This document shows, one piece after another, positions 20,871-29,735 of a DNA stretch of 32,634 nt. Position numbers and translations under genes: made by a program. Where the stretch lies: the NCBI GenBank assembly GCA_003563465.1, contig PWVH01000014.1:1-32634 (forward strand). The letters are read 5' to 3'. Each line of letters opens with the position of its first letter. Position 1 is the first letter of the stretch. The stretch comes from Coriobacteriaceae bacterium (lineage in GTDB: Bacteria > Actinomycetota > Coriobacteriia > Anaerosomatales > SLCP01). The notes beneath the pieces were generated by a model. It did no database searches. It saw only the letters and a program-made list of their open reading frames with translations, and was not told the DNA's origin.

Positions 20871-21530
20871 GTGGGCGATGACTCTGCAGCACGCCTCTAC
20901 CAGGCGTTCGTCAGTCAGGACCCGGCGGCCGCGATCGCCGTGATCGAGGGCGTGCGCGACAGCAGCAGCGATAAGGCCAAGCTCTTCGACTCGCTCTTCG
21001 CGCCTGCCATGGCCATGCTCGGGGGAGCCTGGGCTGCCGGAGTCATCGACGAGGACACCTTCACTCAAGCTTCGGTCGTGGCCGAGCAGGTCAACTCGTT
21101 CGTGACGCCCCCGGCTACCGCACACGACACCGGCATCACCGTGCTGGTCGGTTCGATGCATCGCGACGTCCACAGCATCGACAAGAACGTGATCGCCGCA
21201 GCGTTGAGAGAGGCCGGACATCGCGTGATAGACCTCGGCGTCGACGTTCGCCCCGTGGATTTCTTCGAACGTGCCGAAGAGACCGGTGCGCGAATGGTCA
21301 TCGTCTCGGCCCAGATGATTTCGACTGCTCGTGCAGTGAGTCGCATAAGAGAGGTGTTCGAGGCGCAAGGACGTGACGATGTCATCATGCTCGTTTCGGG
21401 AGGGCCGTTCGCGGCGGATGAGGGATTGGCGCGCGATGTTGGCGCGAACGGCGTGGTACGGGGAGCAGAGAGCGCGCTCAGGCTCGTAGAACGTGTCGCT
21501 CGCGAGCGCTTCGCCGGGAGCGAGCGGTGA
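20871..21530 (+). CDS. Cobalamin (B12)-binding domain protein, corrinoid-protein-like (helical cap + Rossmann B12 domain)
   Basis: The stretch VLVGSMHRDVHSIDKNVIAAALREAGHRVIDLGVDV...MVIVSAQMIST...VIMLVSGGP matches the DxHxxG...S.L...GG corrinoid-binding pattern, with D replacing the final G. Confidence 0.75.
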   Translation: MGDDSAARLYQAFVSQDPAAAIAVIEGVRDSSSDKAKLFDSLFAPAMAMLGGAWAAGVIDEDTFTQASVVAEQVNSFVTPPATAHDTGITVLVGSMHRDVHSIDKNVIAAALREAGHRVIDLGVDVRPVDFFERAEETGARMVIVSAQMISTARAVSRIREVFEAQGRDDVIMLVSGGPFAADEGLARDVGANGVVRGAESALRLVERVARERFAGSER

Positions 21531-22693
21531 TGCGCTCGCGGTCCAAGCATGTGAAGCTTGCCGAGGGGCTCGCACGTCAGGAGCAGATAGCCCCCGCCGT
21601 TGAGGCATGCTATCAGGCCCTGCGGGTCGGCGAGATCGACCCCCTGGTGTACTGTCTCCTGGCCGAACTCATGCTTTCGGGCGACTTCTACGACGAGGCG
21701 ATCTTCGCGGCCAGCAGGGCGATCGAGCTGGACTCCGGCTGTTCGCCGGCGTATCTTGCTTTGGGCTTGGCCTACGATAGACGTGGCGGGATGTGGGACC
21801 AGTCGATTCTTGTCTGGCACGAGTTGGCCGAGGTGGCGCCGGAACTGGTGACAGCTCACGTGCAGTTGGGCGAGGCGTTCGCGGCCACCGCCTTCGAAGA
21901 AGAGGCGATCGCCTCCTGGCGACGGGCTCTCGAGCTCGATCCGAAGGAGGCGCGCGCCATGTACGATCTCGCGATCGCTGCCTTGAAGCGAGAGGGAATG
22001 GCCACCGCGCTGCCGGGATTCCGCAAAGCTGGGGAACTCGACCCGAGCCAAGACGCTCTCTTCTTCACGCTCGCGGGGGCCTCTGGTGACGGTCAGCCTA
22101 CTCCCGTTCTCTCCGAAGTCGCGCCCGAGCGCGGCAGCCGCCTGGAGGCCGCATACGTTCTTGCGCACGAAGAAGATCTCTTCTCGGCCGCTGAGCTGGT
22201 TCGGCTGATCCTCGATGAAGACCCCGATGACGCCGAGACATTAGGTCTTGCTTCCTATCTCTATCTGAAGCAGGAAGCCGTAGACGAAGCGATGGCGTGT
22301 GCTCTACGTGCTCTGACCCTTTCGACCCGTACCCCCACAGCGGTCTACTGCCTGGGCGCTGCCTTTGCCAAGCGGCCCGGCCTGTCGTATCACGCGGCGA
22401 GAGTGTTCGACGCGCTGGCGAAGCTCGTTCCGTCGAAGCCGATGCCATACGTGCTTCTAGCCGAGTCCCTGCTAGGGCTGCAGCGCTACAGATCTGCGGG
22501 CGAATCCTATCGGGCGGCTGTCAACCTCGATCCCGCGTGCGTGCGCGCTCGATTCGGACTTGCCGCCGTGCTTCACACCGAAGGCCGTCACTCCGAAGCC
22601 GAGTGGGAGATCAGTCGAGCGGCTTATCACGACACCCGTCGCCAGAAGCTCTTCTGGGTCCTCTACGACGATTACGCCGAAGGGAGGGCTTGA
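21527..22693 (+). CDS. Tetratricopeptide (TPR) repeat protein
   Basis: Repeated 34-aa A/L/Y-rich helical motifs (AYLALGLAYDRRG, AIASWRRALELDP, AGESYRAAVNLDP). Start overlaps the stop of the B12-binding gene. Confidence 0.8.
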   Translation: MMRSRSKHVKLAEGLARQEQIAPAVEACYQALRVGEIDPLVYCLLAELMLSGDFYDEAIFAASRAIELDSGCSPAYLALGLAYDRRGGMWDQSILVWHELAEVAPELVTAHVQLGEAFAATAFEEEAIASWRRALELDPKEARAMYDLAIAALKREGMATALPGFRKAGELDPSQDALFFTLAGASGDGQPTPVLSEVAPERGSRLEAAYVLAHEEDLFSAAELVRLILDEDPDDAETLGLASYLYLKQEAVDEAMACALRALTLSTRTPTAVYCLGAAFAKRPGLSYHAARVFDALAKLVPSKPMPYVLLAESLLGLQRYRSAGESYRAAVNLDPACVRARFGLAAVLHTEGRHSEAEWEISRAAYHDTRRQKLFWVLYDDYAEGRA

Positions 22694-22697
22694 TACC

Positions 22698-24650
22698 GTG
22701 CCTGCCAGGCCCGTAGACTCCGTCAGTCCAAACGGCGACTCCGATTCGGCGGCGGTCTCCGCGAAACGGCCGCGGAGAAACCCGCTCTTTCCGATTGGAG
22801 TGAACTACTATCCTCTGGACTCCGAGTCCGAAGCGTGGGACGACTGGTATGCGGGGGATATCGCAGGCGACTTCGCGGCCTTCGCCAAGGCACGAATGAG
22901 CGTGGTACGCGTGTTCGTCTCGTGGAAGATGTACGAGCCCCAGGTGGGTCAGTACTCAGAAGTGGCCGAGGAACGGCTCCTCGACATCATCGAGGCGGCC
23001 AGAGAACATGGACTCCAGCTCGTGGTCTGTCTTTTCGCCGATGATCGACTCTCAGACCTCCTCGATGTCTTGTGGGGAAAGAGGCGCAATCCACGTTCGG
23101 ACGAATACCTCATTCAGCGCGAGGTGGCGCTTGTCCAGCGCATCGTCAACCGTTTCCGGGCCGAAAGGTCGATCATGGCCTGGGATCTCGCGAACGAGGC
23201 GTTCTGCAACGGCTTCTCCTCGACAGAGGAGATGAGGAACTGGGTGGAAACGCTGCGTGACGCCGTGCGCGAGATCGACCCAGAGCGTCCGATACTGCTT
23301 TCGATCGACCCGGAGACGCTCTTTCGCGAGGCGGAGATCGATGCATTCGCGGCACTCCAGGAGTGCGAGATCACCGTCAGCCATGCGACAGCGTCATATC
23401 GTGCGTATGCCGCTGCCGGGCCGATTGACTCTGGTCCTTCGACCTACCTGGAGTCCTTCCTGCTACGTTCGGCTGCTCGTGGCATGCCCGTGCTTCTCGA
23501 CGATGTGGGCGTGCACTCGCTCGACTACTCGCTCGCCGAAGAGGCCGCGGCCATGCGCTGTGCGCTCTACTCCGGACTCATGAACAGGGCTACCGGCGTA
23601 CTGATTCGCAGATGGCGCGATCTGGACACCGAGCGCCGAGAGCCTTACTTTCTCGATCCGTTCGAGGTGTTGGTGGGAGTGCACGACACGTCCGGTGTCG
23701 CGAAGCCTGCCATGTCGGAGTTGCTTAGCTTCTCGCAAGTGGTCTCCAGGCTCGATCTCCGCCGCTACACGCTTGTGCCGGAGCGTACGGGGATACTCAT
23801 GCCTGCCGAGCGCAAAGAGCCACTGCCGAGTCTGGCCGGCCTCTTCGATCCGCGTGCCTGCCTCGAAGCATACGTGTCGGCCAAGGAGGCCCATATCCCA
23901 GTCAAGGTGATTCACGAGGAGGAACCATACGAGCATATTTCCGTGATCATAGTTCCTTCGGCGTTCTCTTTGGCCGATCAGACGTGGGAGCACCTTGGCG
24001 AGTGGGTGCAGGGAGGAGGTTCTCTCATCCTGTCCTACGGTGGCGGAGACACTCATCCTGTCGTTCGCGACCTGTTCGGCGTGGAGTTCCTCGGAGATGG
24101 AGGATCTCGGCGCCGCGTCACCTGTCGCGTAGCCCAGCCCGACGTGCTTGGCCCGCTCACCTCGTTCGATGCAACGCTCGACCTGCCGGCGTTCGCTCTC
24201 CTCGGTCAGGGCGGAGCCACCGTCGTCGCCACCGACGCCAAGAGCAGTCCGCTGCTGACGTTGCACAATCAAGGTCAGGGCCGGACGGTGTTCGTGGCTG
24301 CGCCGCTCGAACGCGCGCTGGCGCAGGGACGTCATCGGGTGCCACCCGAGGCGATCAGGAGCCTTCTGCGGACCGTCTATGGAGCGGTGGCAGATGCCGC
24401 CGGATGCGGTGGGCCGCTTGTTTGCGATACTCCCGTGGTCGAGGTCGCGGTCTTCTCCAGCGATATCGATGACGTCGTACTCCTGCTCAATCACTCGGCC
24501 GAGAAGGTGACGGCCGGGCTTGCGTGCGAACGAAAGGTAGCGACCATCGCCGATGTCCGCGGGGGAAGTCCGGTCGACGTAGGCGACACTTCGTTCGGCG
24601 TGCCGCTGGGTCCGAACGGTGCCGCCGCCCTGCGCCTGAGTTACGATTAG
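22698..24650 (+). CDS. Glycoside hydrolase, clan GH-A TIM barrel (GH5/GH42-like) with C-terminal GH42-type trimerisation-like domain; no signal peptide seen
   Basis: GVNYYP...VRVFVSWKMYEP and the acid/base context WDLANEA. The C-terminal HISVIIVPSAFSLADQTWEHLGEWVQGGGSLILSYGG resembles the GH42 middle domain. GTG 22698 has AGGGAGGG upstream. Confidence 0.7.
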   Translation: MPARPVDSVSPNGDSDSAAVSAKRPRRNPLFPIGVNYYPLDSESEAWDDWYAGDIAGDFAAFAKARMSVVRVFVSWKMYEPQVGQYSEVAEERLLDIIEAAREHGLQLVVCLFADDRLSDLLDVLWGKRRNPRSDEYLIQREVALVQRIVNRFRAERSIMAWDLANEAFCNGFSSTEEMRNWVETLRDAVREIDPERPILLSIDPETLFREAEIDAFAALQECEITVSHATASYRAYAAAGPIDSGPSTYLESFLLRSAARGMPVLLDDVGVHSLDYSLAEEAAAMRCALYSGLMNRATGVLIRRWRDLDTERREPYFLDPFEVLVGVHDTSGVAKPAMSELLSFSQVVSRLDLRRYTLVPERTGILMPAERKEPLPSLAGLFDPRACLEAYVSAKEAHIPVKVIHEEEPYEHISVIIVPSAFSLADQTWEHLGEWVQGGGSLILSYGGGDTHPVVRDLFGVEFLGDGGSRRRVTCRVAQPDVLGPLTSFDATLDLPAFALLGQGGATVVATDAKSSPLLTLHNQGQGRTVFVAAPLERALAQGRHRVPPEAIRSLLRTVYGAVADAAGCGGPLVCDTPVVEVAVFSSDIDDVVLLLNHSAEKVTAGLACERKVATIADVRGGSPVDVGDTSFGVPLGPNGAAALRLSYD

Positions 24651-24680
24651 CCAAAATTTCTAGCTTGGATTACTCTCGCT

Positions 24681-24686
24681 TATAAT
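24681..24686 (+). promoter_or_regulatory. Candidate -10 element (perfect TATAAT) in the AT-rich spacer upstream of selD
   Basis: A TATAAT in the locally AT-rich gap 24651-24733, within an otherwise roughly 63-65% GC sequence. No convincing -35 at 16-18 nt. Confidence 0.4.
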
Positions 24687-24733
24687 AGAAGGACGCGAGA
24701 CGGTTAAGACCGAAAGCGGGGGACGCTGCGACA

Positions 24734-25765
24734 GTGAGCGATCCGATTCGCCTCACCCAGATGTCTAGCAAGGCCGGTTGAGCTGCGAAGTGGGGTCCGG
24801 AGGACCTCGCCAACGTGCTCGCTTCGCTCTCACCTCAGGAGTCCGAGCGGCTCATGGTGGGTTTCGAGACCAGCGATGACGCCGCTGTCTACCTGCTCGG
24901 CGACCGCGCTGTTCTGCTCACCATAGACTTCTTCACGGCCATGGTGGACGACCCTTACGACTTCGGGCGAATCACGGCTGCCAACGCGCTATCCGACATA
25001 TATGCGATGGGTGGCCGGCCTCTTGCGGCACTCAACATGCTCGCCTTTCCCTGCTCGATGGACCCGGACGTGGTTGCCCAGGTGCTCCAGGGTGGCGCGG
25101 CGACCTGTGCCGAGGCCGGGGTGCTCGTGGTCGGGGGGCACACGATCGACGACAAGGAGCCGAAGTTCGGGCTTGCGGTCATGGGGGAGGCCGATCCGGA
25201 TGCGGTCGTGCGCAACGTCGGCGCGCGCGAAGGCGACTCTCTCGTGCTCACGAAGCGCATCGGGGTCGGGATCATGAATACCGCACTCAAGGCCGAACTC
25301 GAGACAGAGGAGACGCTTGCTGATGTCGTCGAGTCCATGGCGCACCTGAACAAGACTGCTGCCGAGGCCATGATCGAGATCGGGGTGAACGCAGCTACGG
25401 ATGTGACCGGGTTCGGACTTCTGGGCCACGTCCGGGAGATGGCACTCGGTAGCGGTGTCGCCGCGGAAATCGAGCTCGATGCGGTACCTGTCTGGCCGAA
25501 GGCCTACGAATACGCGAGCCAAGGTGCCAAGCCGGGACGAACCCTCGACGTGATCGACGCACTCGACGAGCATGTCGACTGGGGCCCCGCCGATCAGGCA
25601 TGGAAAGACGTTCTTTGCGACCCGCAGACCAGCGGAGGGCTGCTGATGGCTGTGTCGCCCGATCGCGTCGATGATCTCTTAGCATCGCTCGAAGCCAAGG
25701 GCGAGACGGCGGCGTTGGTCGGCCACATCATTGCGGGTGAACCGGGCGCTATCGTCATAGTCTAG
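24734..25765 (+). CDS. selD: Selenide, water dikinase (selenophosphate synthetase) SelD, selenocysteine-containing form (Sec at TGA 24779-24781)
   Basis: The ORF track starts at 24815, but the same frame upstream reads V-SDPIRLTQMSSKAG-U-AAKWGPEDLANV, i.e. the conserved SelD N-terminus (RLTQ...G-[C/U]-x-x-K) with TGA at the catalytic Cys/Sec position. The rest is typical SelD (FETSDDAAVY, GGHTIDDKEPKFGLAV). Confidence 0.9.
24792..24808 (+). promoter_or_regulatory. Putative bacterial SECIS hairpin for selD
   Basis: GGGGTCC (24792-24798) pairs with GGACCTC (24802-24808), including one G.U pair, with a G-rich apical loop GGA. The loop lies about 20 nt after the UGA, the same spacing as in the TlpA-like gene. 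Confidence 0.55.
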
Positions 25766-25806
25766 TGCGGCATCGAGACCGGCGCAGAAGGAAAGGGACT
25801 GAGGCC

Positions 25807-26145
25807 ATGGCCAAGCGCGTGCTCATAGTGACGGATCGGATCGGACGCGGTGATGAAGAGCTTGGCTGGGTGTTGATGCGCAGCTTCTGTCACTCGCTCG
25901 CACGCAACGAACGTAAGCCGGCTTCGGTGATGCTCATGAACGAGGGCGTGCGTCTGGCGTGCGAAGGGTCTGAGGTGCTCGACGACCTGCGCCTGCTCGT
26001 CGAGAAGGGTGTCGCGGTCAAGGCATGCGGCACCTGTCTGGACTTCCTCGGCTTGAAAGAGTCGCTGGCTGTGGGTGAAGAGGGGACGATGATCGATTCC
26101 GTCGCCGCGCTTCTCGGCCGAGATGACGTAGTAACGATCTCGTAG
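25807..26145 (+). CDS. DsrE-like protein corresponding to the C-terminal domain of the long YedF-type selenium metabolism proteins
   Basis: RVLIVTDRIGRGDEELGWVLMRSF...VMLMNEGVRLACEGSEVLDDLRLLVEKGVAVKACGTCLDFLGL, the DsrE-like pattern ending in CGTCL. Lies between selD and selA. Confidence 0.75.
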   Translation: MAKRVLIVTDRIGRGDEELGWVLMRSFCHSLARNERKPASVMLMNEGVRLACEGSEVLDDLRLLVEKGVAVKACGTCLDFLGLKESLAVGEEGTMIDSVAALLGRDDVVTIS

Positions 26146-26232
26146 GAGATGAGGGAGATTGAGGTAATAGTCCCGCTTGGCGTGTCGAGATCGGTGGATC
26201 GACGGCTGCGCGCAGCCTGCCCTTCGAACAGG

Positions 26233-26238
26233 TAGAAT
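26233..26238 (+). promoter_or_regulatory. Candidate -10 element (TAGAAT) 7 nt upstream of the selA ATG (possible leaderless transcript)
   Basis: TAGAAT at 26233-26238, ATG at 26246. No Shine-Dalgarno between them. Confidence 0.3.
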
Positions 26239-26245
26239 CACTCTC

Positions 26246-27646
26246 ATGGACACTCAAGAACGTCTCAGACGGCTTCCCAAGGTCGACGATCTGCTCAGGC
26301 ACTCTCGCGTGCTCGAGATGCTCGAAGACCACCCGCGCCCTCTCGTGCTCGAAGTTCTGCGCGAGTCACTCGACCTCACGCGCAAACGCTTGATTGCCGA
26401 CGAGCGCGCATCCTATGACGAGGCCACGTTGCTCGCGGAGGCTGAAACGCGGCTCGCACTGAAGTCGCTGCCGAGTCTGCGCCGCGTGATAAACGCGACC
26501 GGGATCATCGTTCACACGAACCTCGGCAGGTCCATCCTCTCGAAGAAGGCGGTAGCAGCCGTCACGGAGGTCGCAGGCTCCTACTCGACGCTCGAGTACG
26601 ACACGGCTTCGGGCGAACGGGGCAGCCGTCATGTCCACTGCGAGGAGCTGCTTTGCCGCTTGACCGGCGCCGAGGCGGCCATGGCCGTCAACAACAACGC
26701 TGGCGCAGTCATGATTGCACTCGCCGCCTTCGCCAGGGGCAAAGAAGCGGTGGTCAGCCGCGGCCAGCTCGTGGAGATAGGCGGCTCCTTTCGCATACCC
26801 GACATCATGCGAGAGTCCGGCGCGACCATGGTCGAAGTCGGCACCACCAACAAGACCCACTTGCGCGACTACGAAAACGCCATAACGGAGCGCACGGGTC
26901 TCATCCTCAAGGTGCACTCGAGCAACTTCCGCGTGGTGGGCTTCACGCAAGAGGTCGGATTGAGCGAGCTGGTGGAGCTCGGGGCCAGGCACGGAGTGGT
27001 GGTCTTCGAGGATTTGGGCTCTGGGGTGATCATCGACCTGCGGCGTTACGGTCTGCCATACGAGCCCACGGTAGCCGAGTCTGTGGCGACGGGCGCCGGA
27101 CTGGTCTCTTGCTCGGGTGACAAGCTTCTAGGAGGGCCTCAAGCTGGAATTCTTGTGGGCAGTGCCGAGATCATCCAGCGCCTTAAGAAGCATCCCATGG
27201 CCCGTGCCTTGCGCCTCGACAAGATGACGCTGGCTGCCCTGGAGGCCACGCTTCGCACCTACATCGACACCGAAGCGGCGCTTGCCGAGATTCCGACACT
27301 TCGCATGCTCGTCATGCCGCCCGCCGAGGTGGCCGAGCGTGCGGCAGCCCTCGCTTCCCGTATCGCGGAGGAGTGTGGGAACGGAGTCGAGACCGACACC
27401 GCGGGTGATGTCTCGCGGGCCGGAGGTGGGTCGCTGCCGCTGGCTGATATCCCGACCACGGTCGCTCGCGTCAAGCCCCGAAGCTTCTCGGTGACGGAAC
27501 TGGAACGCCGTCTGCGCCTCGGCGAGCCGCCCATAGTGGCACGAATCAAAGACGAACGCCTGCTTATCGATCCGCGCACGCTGTGCGCGGGAGAGGACGC
27601 CGAAGTCGTCTCACGGGTGGCGTCGGTTCTTTCGAACGAGGCGTGA
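26246..27646 (+). CDS. selA: L-seryl-tRNA(Sec) selenium transferase SelA
   Basis: N-terminus MDTQERLRRLPKVDDLL aligns with the SelA N-terminal domain. PLP-lysine context CSGDKLLGGPQAG. INATGIIVHTNLGRS. Confidence 0.95.
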   Translation: MDTQERLRRLPKVDDLLRHSRVLEMLEDHPRPLVLEVLRESLDLTRKRLIADERASYDEATLLAEAETRLALKSLPSLRRVINATGIIVHTNLGRSILSKKAVAAVTEVAGSYSTLEYDTASGERGSRHVHCEELLCRLTGAEAAMAVNNNAGAVMIALAAFARGKEAVVSRGQLVEIGGSFRIPDIMRESGATMVEVGTTNKTHLRDYENAITERTGLILKVHSSNFRVVGFTQEVGLSELVELGARHGVVVFEDLGSGVIIDLRRYGLPYEPTVAESVATGAGLVSCSGDKLLGGPQAGILVGSAEIIQRLKKHPMARALRLDKMTLAALEATLRTYIDTEAALAEIPTLRMLVMPPAEVAERAAALASRIAEECGNGVETDTAGDVSRAGGGSLPLADIPTTVARVKPRSFSVTELERRLRLGEPPIVARIKDERLLIDPRTLCAGEDAEVVSRVASVLSNEA

Positions 27647-27651
27647 GCGGC

Positions 27652-29568
27652 ATGCCGTCGCTTGTCCTCGGTACCGCCGGTCACATCGATCACGGCAAGT
27701 CCACGCTCATCAAGGCGCTCACCGGCACCGATCCCGATCGCCTCGCTGAAGAGAAGGCCCGCGGCATCACCATCGAACTCGGCTTCGCGCAGCTCGTACT
27801 ACCGAGCGGGCGCACGATGGGCGTGATCGATGTGCCAGGTCACGAGCGCTTCGTCAGGCACATGGTTGCTGGCGCCACGGGCATCGATGTCGTGCTCCTA
27901 GCGGTAGCGGCAGACGACGGTGTGATGCCACAGACTCGCGAGCATCTCGCGATTATCGATCTTCTGGGAGTAGAACAGGGTGTCGTGGCGCTCACCAAGG
28001 CCGATCTCGCCGATTCCGAGTGGCTCGAGCTGGTCGCCGAGGAAGTTCGCTCGCTGCTGGGAGGCACCTCGATTGCGGGCGCTCCCGTCGTGCCGGTTTC
28101 TGCCATCGCTAGTGAGGGACTCACCGATCTGCTGACCGCACTCGATGCGATTGCTGCAGAGGCTCCCACTCGTCAAGCGAATCTGCCCATGCGTCTTCCG
28201 GTCGACCGGGTCTTCACCATCGCAGGGGCGGGCACGGTAGTCACCGGCACGCTCTGGTCCGGTTCTGTAACCAAAGACGAGCAGTTAGAAGTCCTGCCCG
28301 CCGGTCATGAGGGTCGCGTACGAGGTGTGCAGGTGCACTCGGAGAGCGTTTCTAAGGCCACCGCCGGTCAGCGCGTGGCGCTCAATGTCGCCGGTCTCGA
28401 CAGAGACGACATCGCTCGGGGAGACGTGATTGCCGCGCCAGGCACTCTGGGAGTCACCGACCGCTTCGATGCTCGCTTTACTTACCTTGGGATTCCGGGG
28501 GAGGACAAGGTCTTCGAGAGCGGCACGCGCGTGCACGTCCACCATGGCACTCGCGAAGTGATCGGCAGGGTGCTGCTGATGGACTCACCGATGCTTGCAC
28601 CAGGCGATTCTGGCCTTGCCCAAGTTCGCCTGGAGGAGCCGCTCGTGCCTCGCTACGACGACCGCTTCATCGTGCGGTCCTACTCGCCCGTATACACGAT
28701 CGGTGGCGGGCTGGTGCTCGACGTCCTGCCCCCTCGCCGCACGAACCTGCGGGCGCACGAGCGCGAGTTGCTCGAGGCTCTCATCGCGCACGACCTCTCG
28801 GCGGCCAACAGCGGGCTGCTTGCTTCGCGTGGCCTGCCTATGACCTCGGCAGAGGTCGCGGCGGCGCTCGGTGTACCGCGGGCGCAGGTCGCCGACGAGC
28901 TCAACCGCGCCGATTTCGCCCGGCTGAAGATCGGCGGAGAGACCGCCTTCATCACATCCGGCGCGCTGGAGGCGTTCGTGGTCATGATCGAGCGAGAACT
29001 GCTCTCGTTTCACGAGGCCAAACCGAAGGCCACCGGTGTCGGAAAGGCAGCGCTGCGCAGTCGCGTGGACCGCAGGTTGACACCCAGGGCTTTCGACGCC
29101 CTGCTCGAAGTCGCTGTCGGGCGGGAAGTCGCCGTGGTCGAGAAAGGTACCGTGCGACATCCGAAGGCCGCCGTTTCGGCGCTTGCCGAGGAGCAAGCGG
29201 CCGAGGTGGCGCTGCGGCCCCTGGTGGCGCAAGACGGTTTCGCTCCAAGGACCGTGGCCGCGTGGTCGGCCGAAGCAGGGGTCGATCCCGGGGTGGCCCG
29301 CAAGGTTCTCAACCGCATGGCATCCGAGGGCAAGATCGTGCGTGTCAGCTCTGATCTGTACTTCGACGTGGGCGCAGTCGATGCCATTCGGCAGCGGATC
29401 GTCGCCCACCTGGGTCAGCACGGTAGCGCGCCGACCTGGGAGCTGCGCGACGTCATCGGCGTGAGCCGCAAGTACGTGGTCCCGCTGCTGGAGCACTTCG
29501 ACTCCATACGCCTGACGAGATTCGAAGGCGACCAACGTTCGCTACGCAGGGATTCGAACCAGGGCTGA
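27652..29568 (+). CDS. selB: Selenocysteine-specific translation elongation factor SelB
   Basis: GTPase motifs GTAGHIDHGKST, DVPGHERF and TKAD, followed by EF-Tu-like domains II/III and a long winged-helix C-terminal extension. Starts 6 nt after the selA stop. Confidence 0.95.
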   Translation: MPSLVLGTAGHIDHGKSTLIKALTGTDPDRLAEEKARGITIELGFAQLVLPSGRTMGVIDVPGHERFVRHMVAGATGIDVVLLAVAADDGVMPQTREHLAIIDLLGVEQGVVALTKADLADSEWLELVAEEVRSLLGGTSIAGAPVVPVSAIASEGLTDLLTALDAIAAEAPTRQANLPMRLPVDRVFTIAGAGTVVTGTLWSGSVTKDEQLEVLPAGHEGRVRGVQVHSESVSKATAGQRVALNVAGLDRDDIARGDVIAAPGTLGVTDRFDARFTYLGIPGEDKVFESGTRVHVHHGTREVIGRVLLMDSPMLAPGDSGLAQVRLEEPLVPRYDDRFIVRSYSPVYTIGGGLVLDVLPPRRTNLRAHERELLEALIAHDLSAANSGLLASRGLPMTSAEVAAALGVPRAQVADELNRADFARLKIGGETAFITSGALEAFVVMIERELLSFHEAKPKATGVGKAALRSRVDRRLTPRAFDALLEVAVGREVAVVEKGTVRHPKAAVSALAEEQAAEVALRPLVAQDGFAPRTVAAWSAEAGVDPGVARKVLNRMASEGKIVRVSSDLYFDVGAVDAIRQRIVAHLGQHGSAPTWELRDVIGVSRKYVVPLLEHFDSIRLTRFEGDQRSLRRDSNQG

Positions 29569-29697
29569 ACCCGGATGACTCTGCACGTCAAGCCCGTGGC
29601 CTCACGGTGCGCCGTTTGCCGGTCGAGCTCGAGGTTGCCGACCCGGAATCTGATTCATGTGCTGCGCTGGGAAGCGGGATCGCTCTGAATCCAAGTA

Positions 29698-29727
29698 TTG
29701 ACGTAGCTTATCCCTAAGATGTACGCT
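29698..29727 (+). promoter_or_regulatory. Candidate promoter for the tRNA: -35 TTGACG, 18-nt spacer, -10 TACGCT
   Basis: TTGACG at 29698-29703 and TACGCT at 29722-29727 (TAnnnT). The predicted start falls about 7-9 nt downstream, at the mature 5' end (G29736). Confidence 0.4.
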
Positions 29728-29735
29728 GGTTATGT

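Noticed and set aside
29594-29643. Hairpins after selB (CCGTG/CACGG; GGTCG/CGACC) as an intrinsic terminator
   Set aside because: The stems are short and are not followed by a U-run, so I could not support a terminator call. The tRNA appears to have its own promoter in any case.
29698-29720. TTGACG plus TAAGAT as the tRNA promoter pair
   Set aside because: The spacer is only 11 nt. The TTGACG-N18-TACGCT pairing is geometrically better, so the TAAGAT pairing was dropped.
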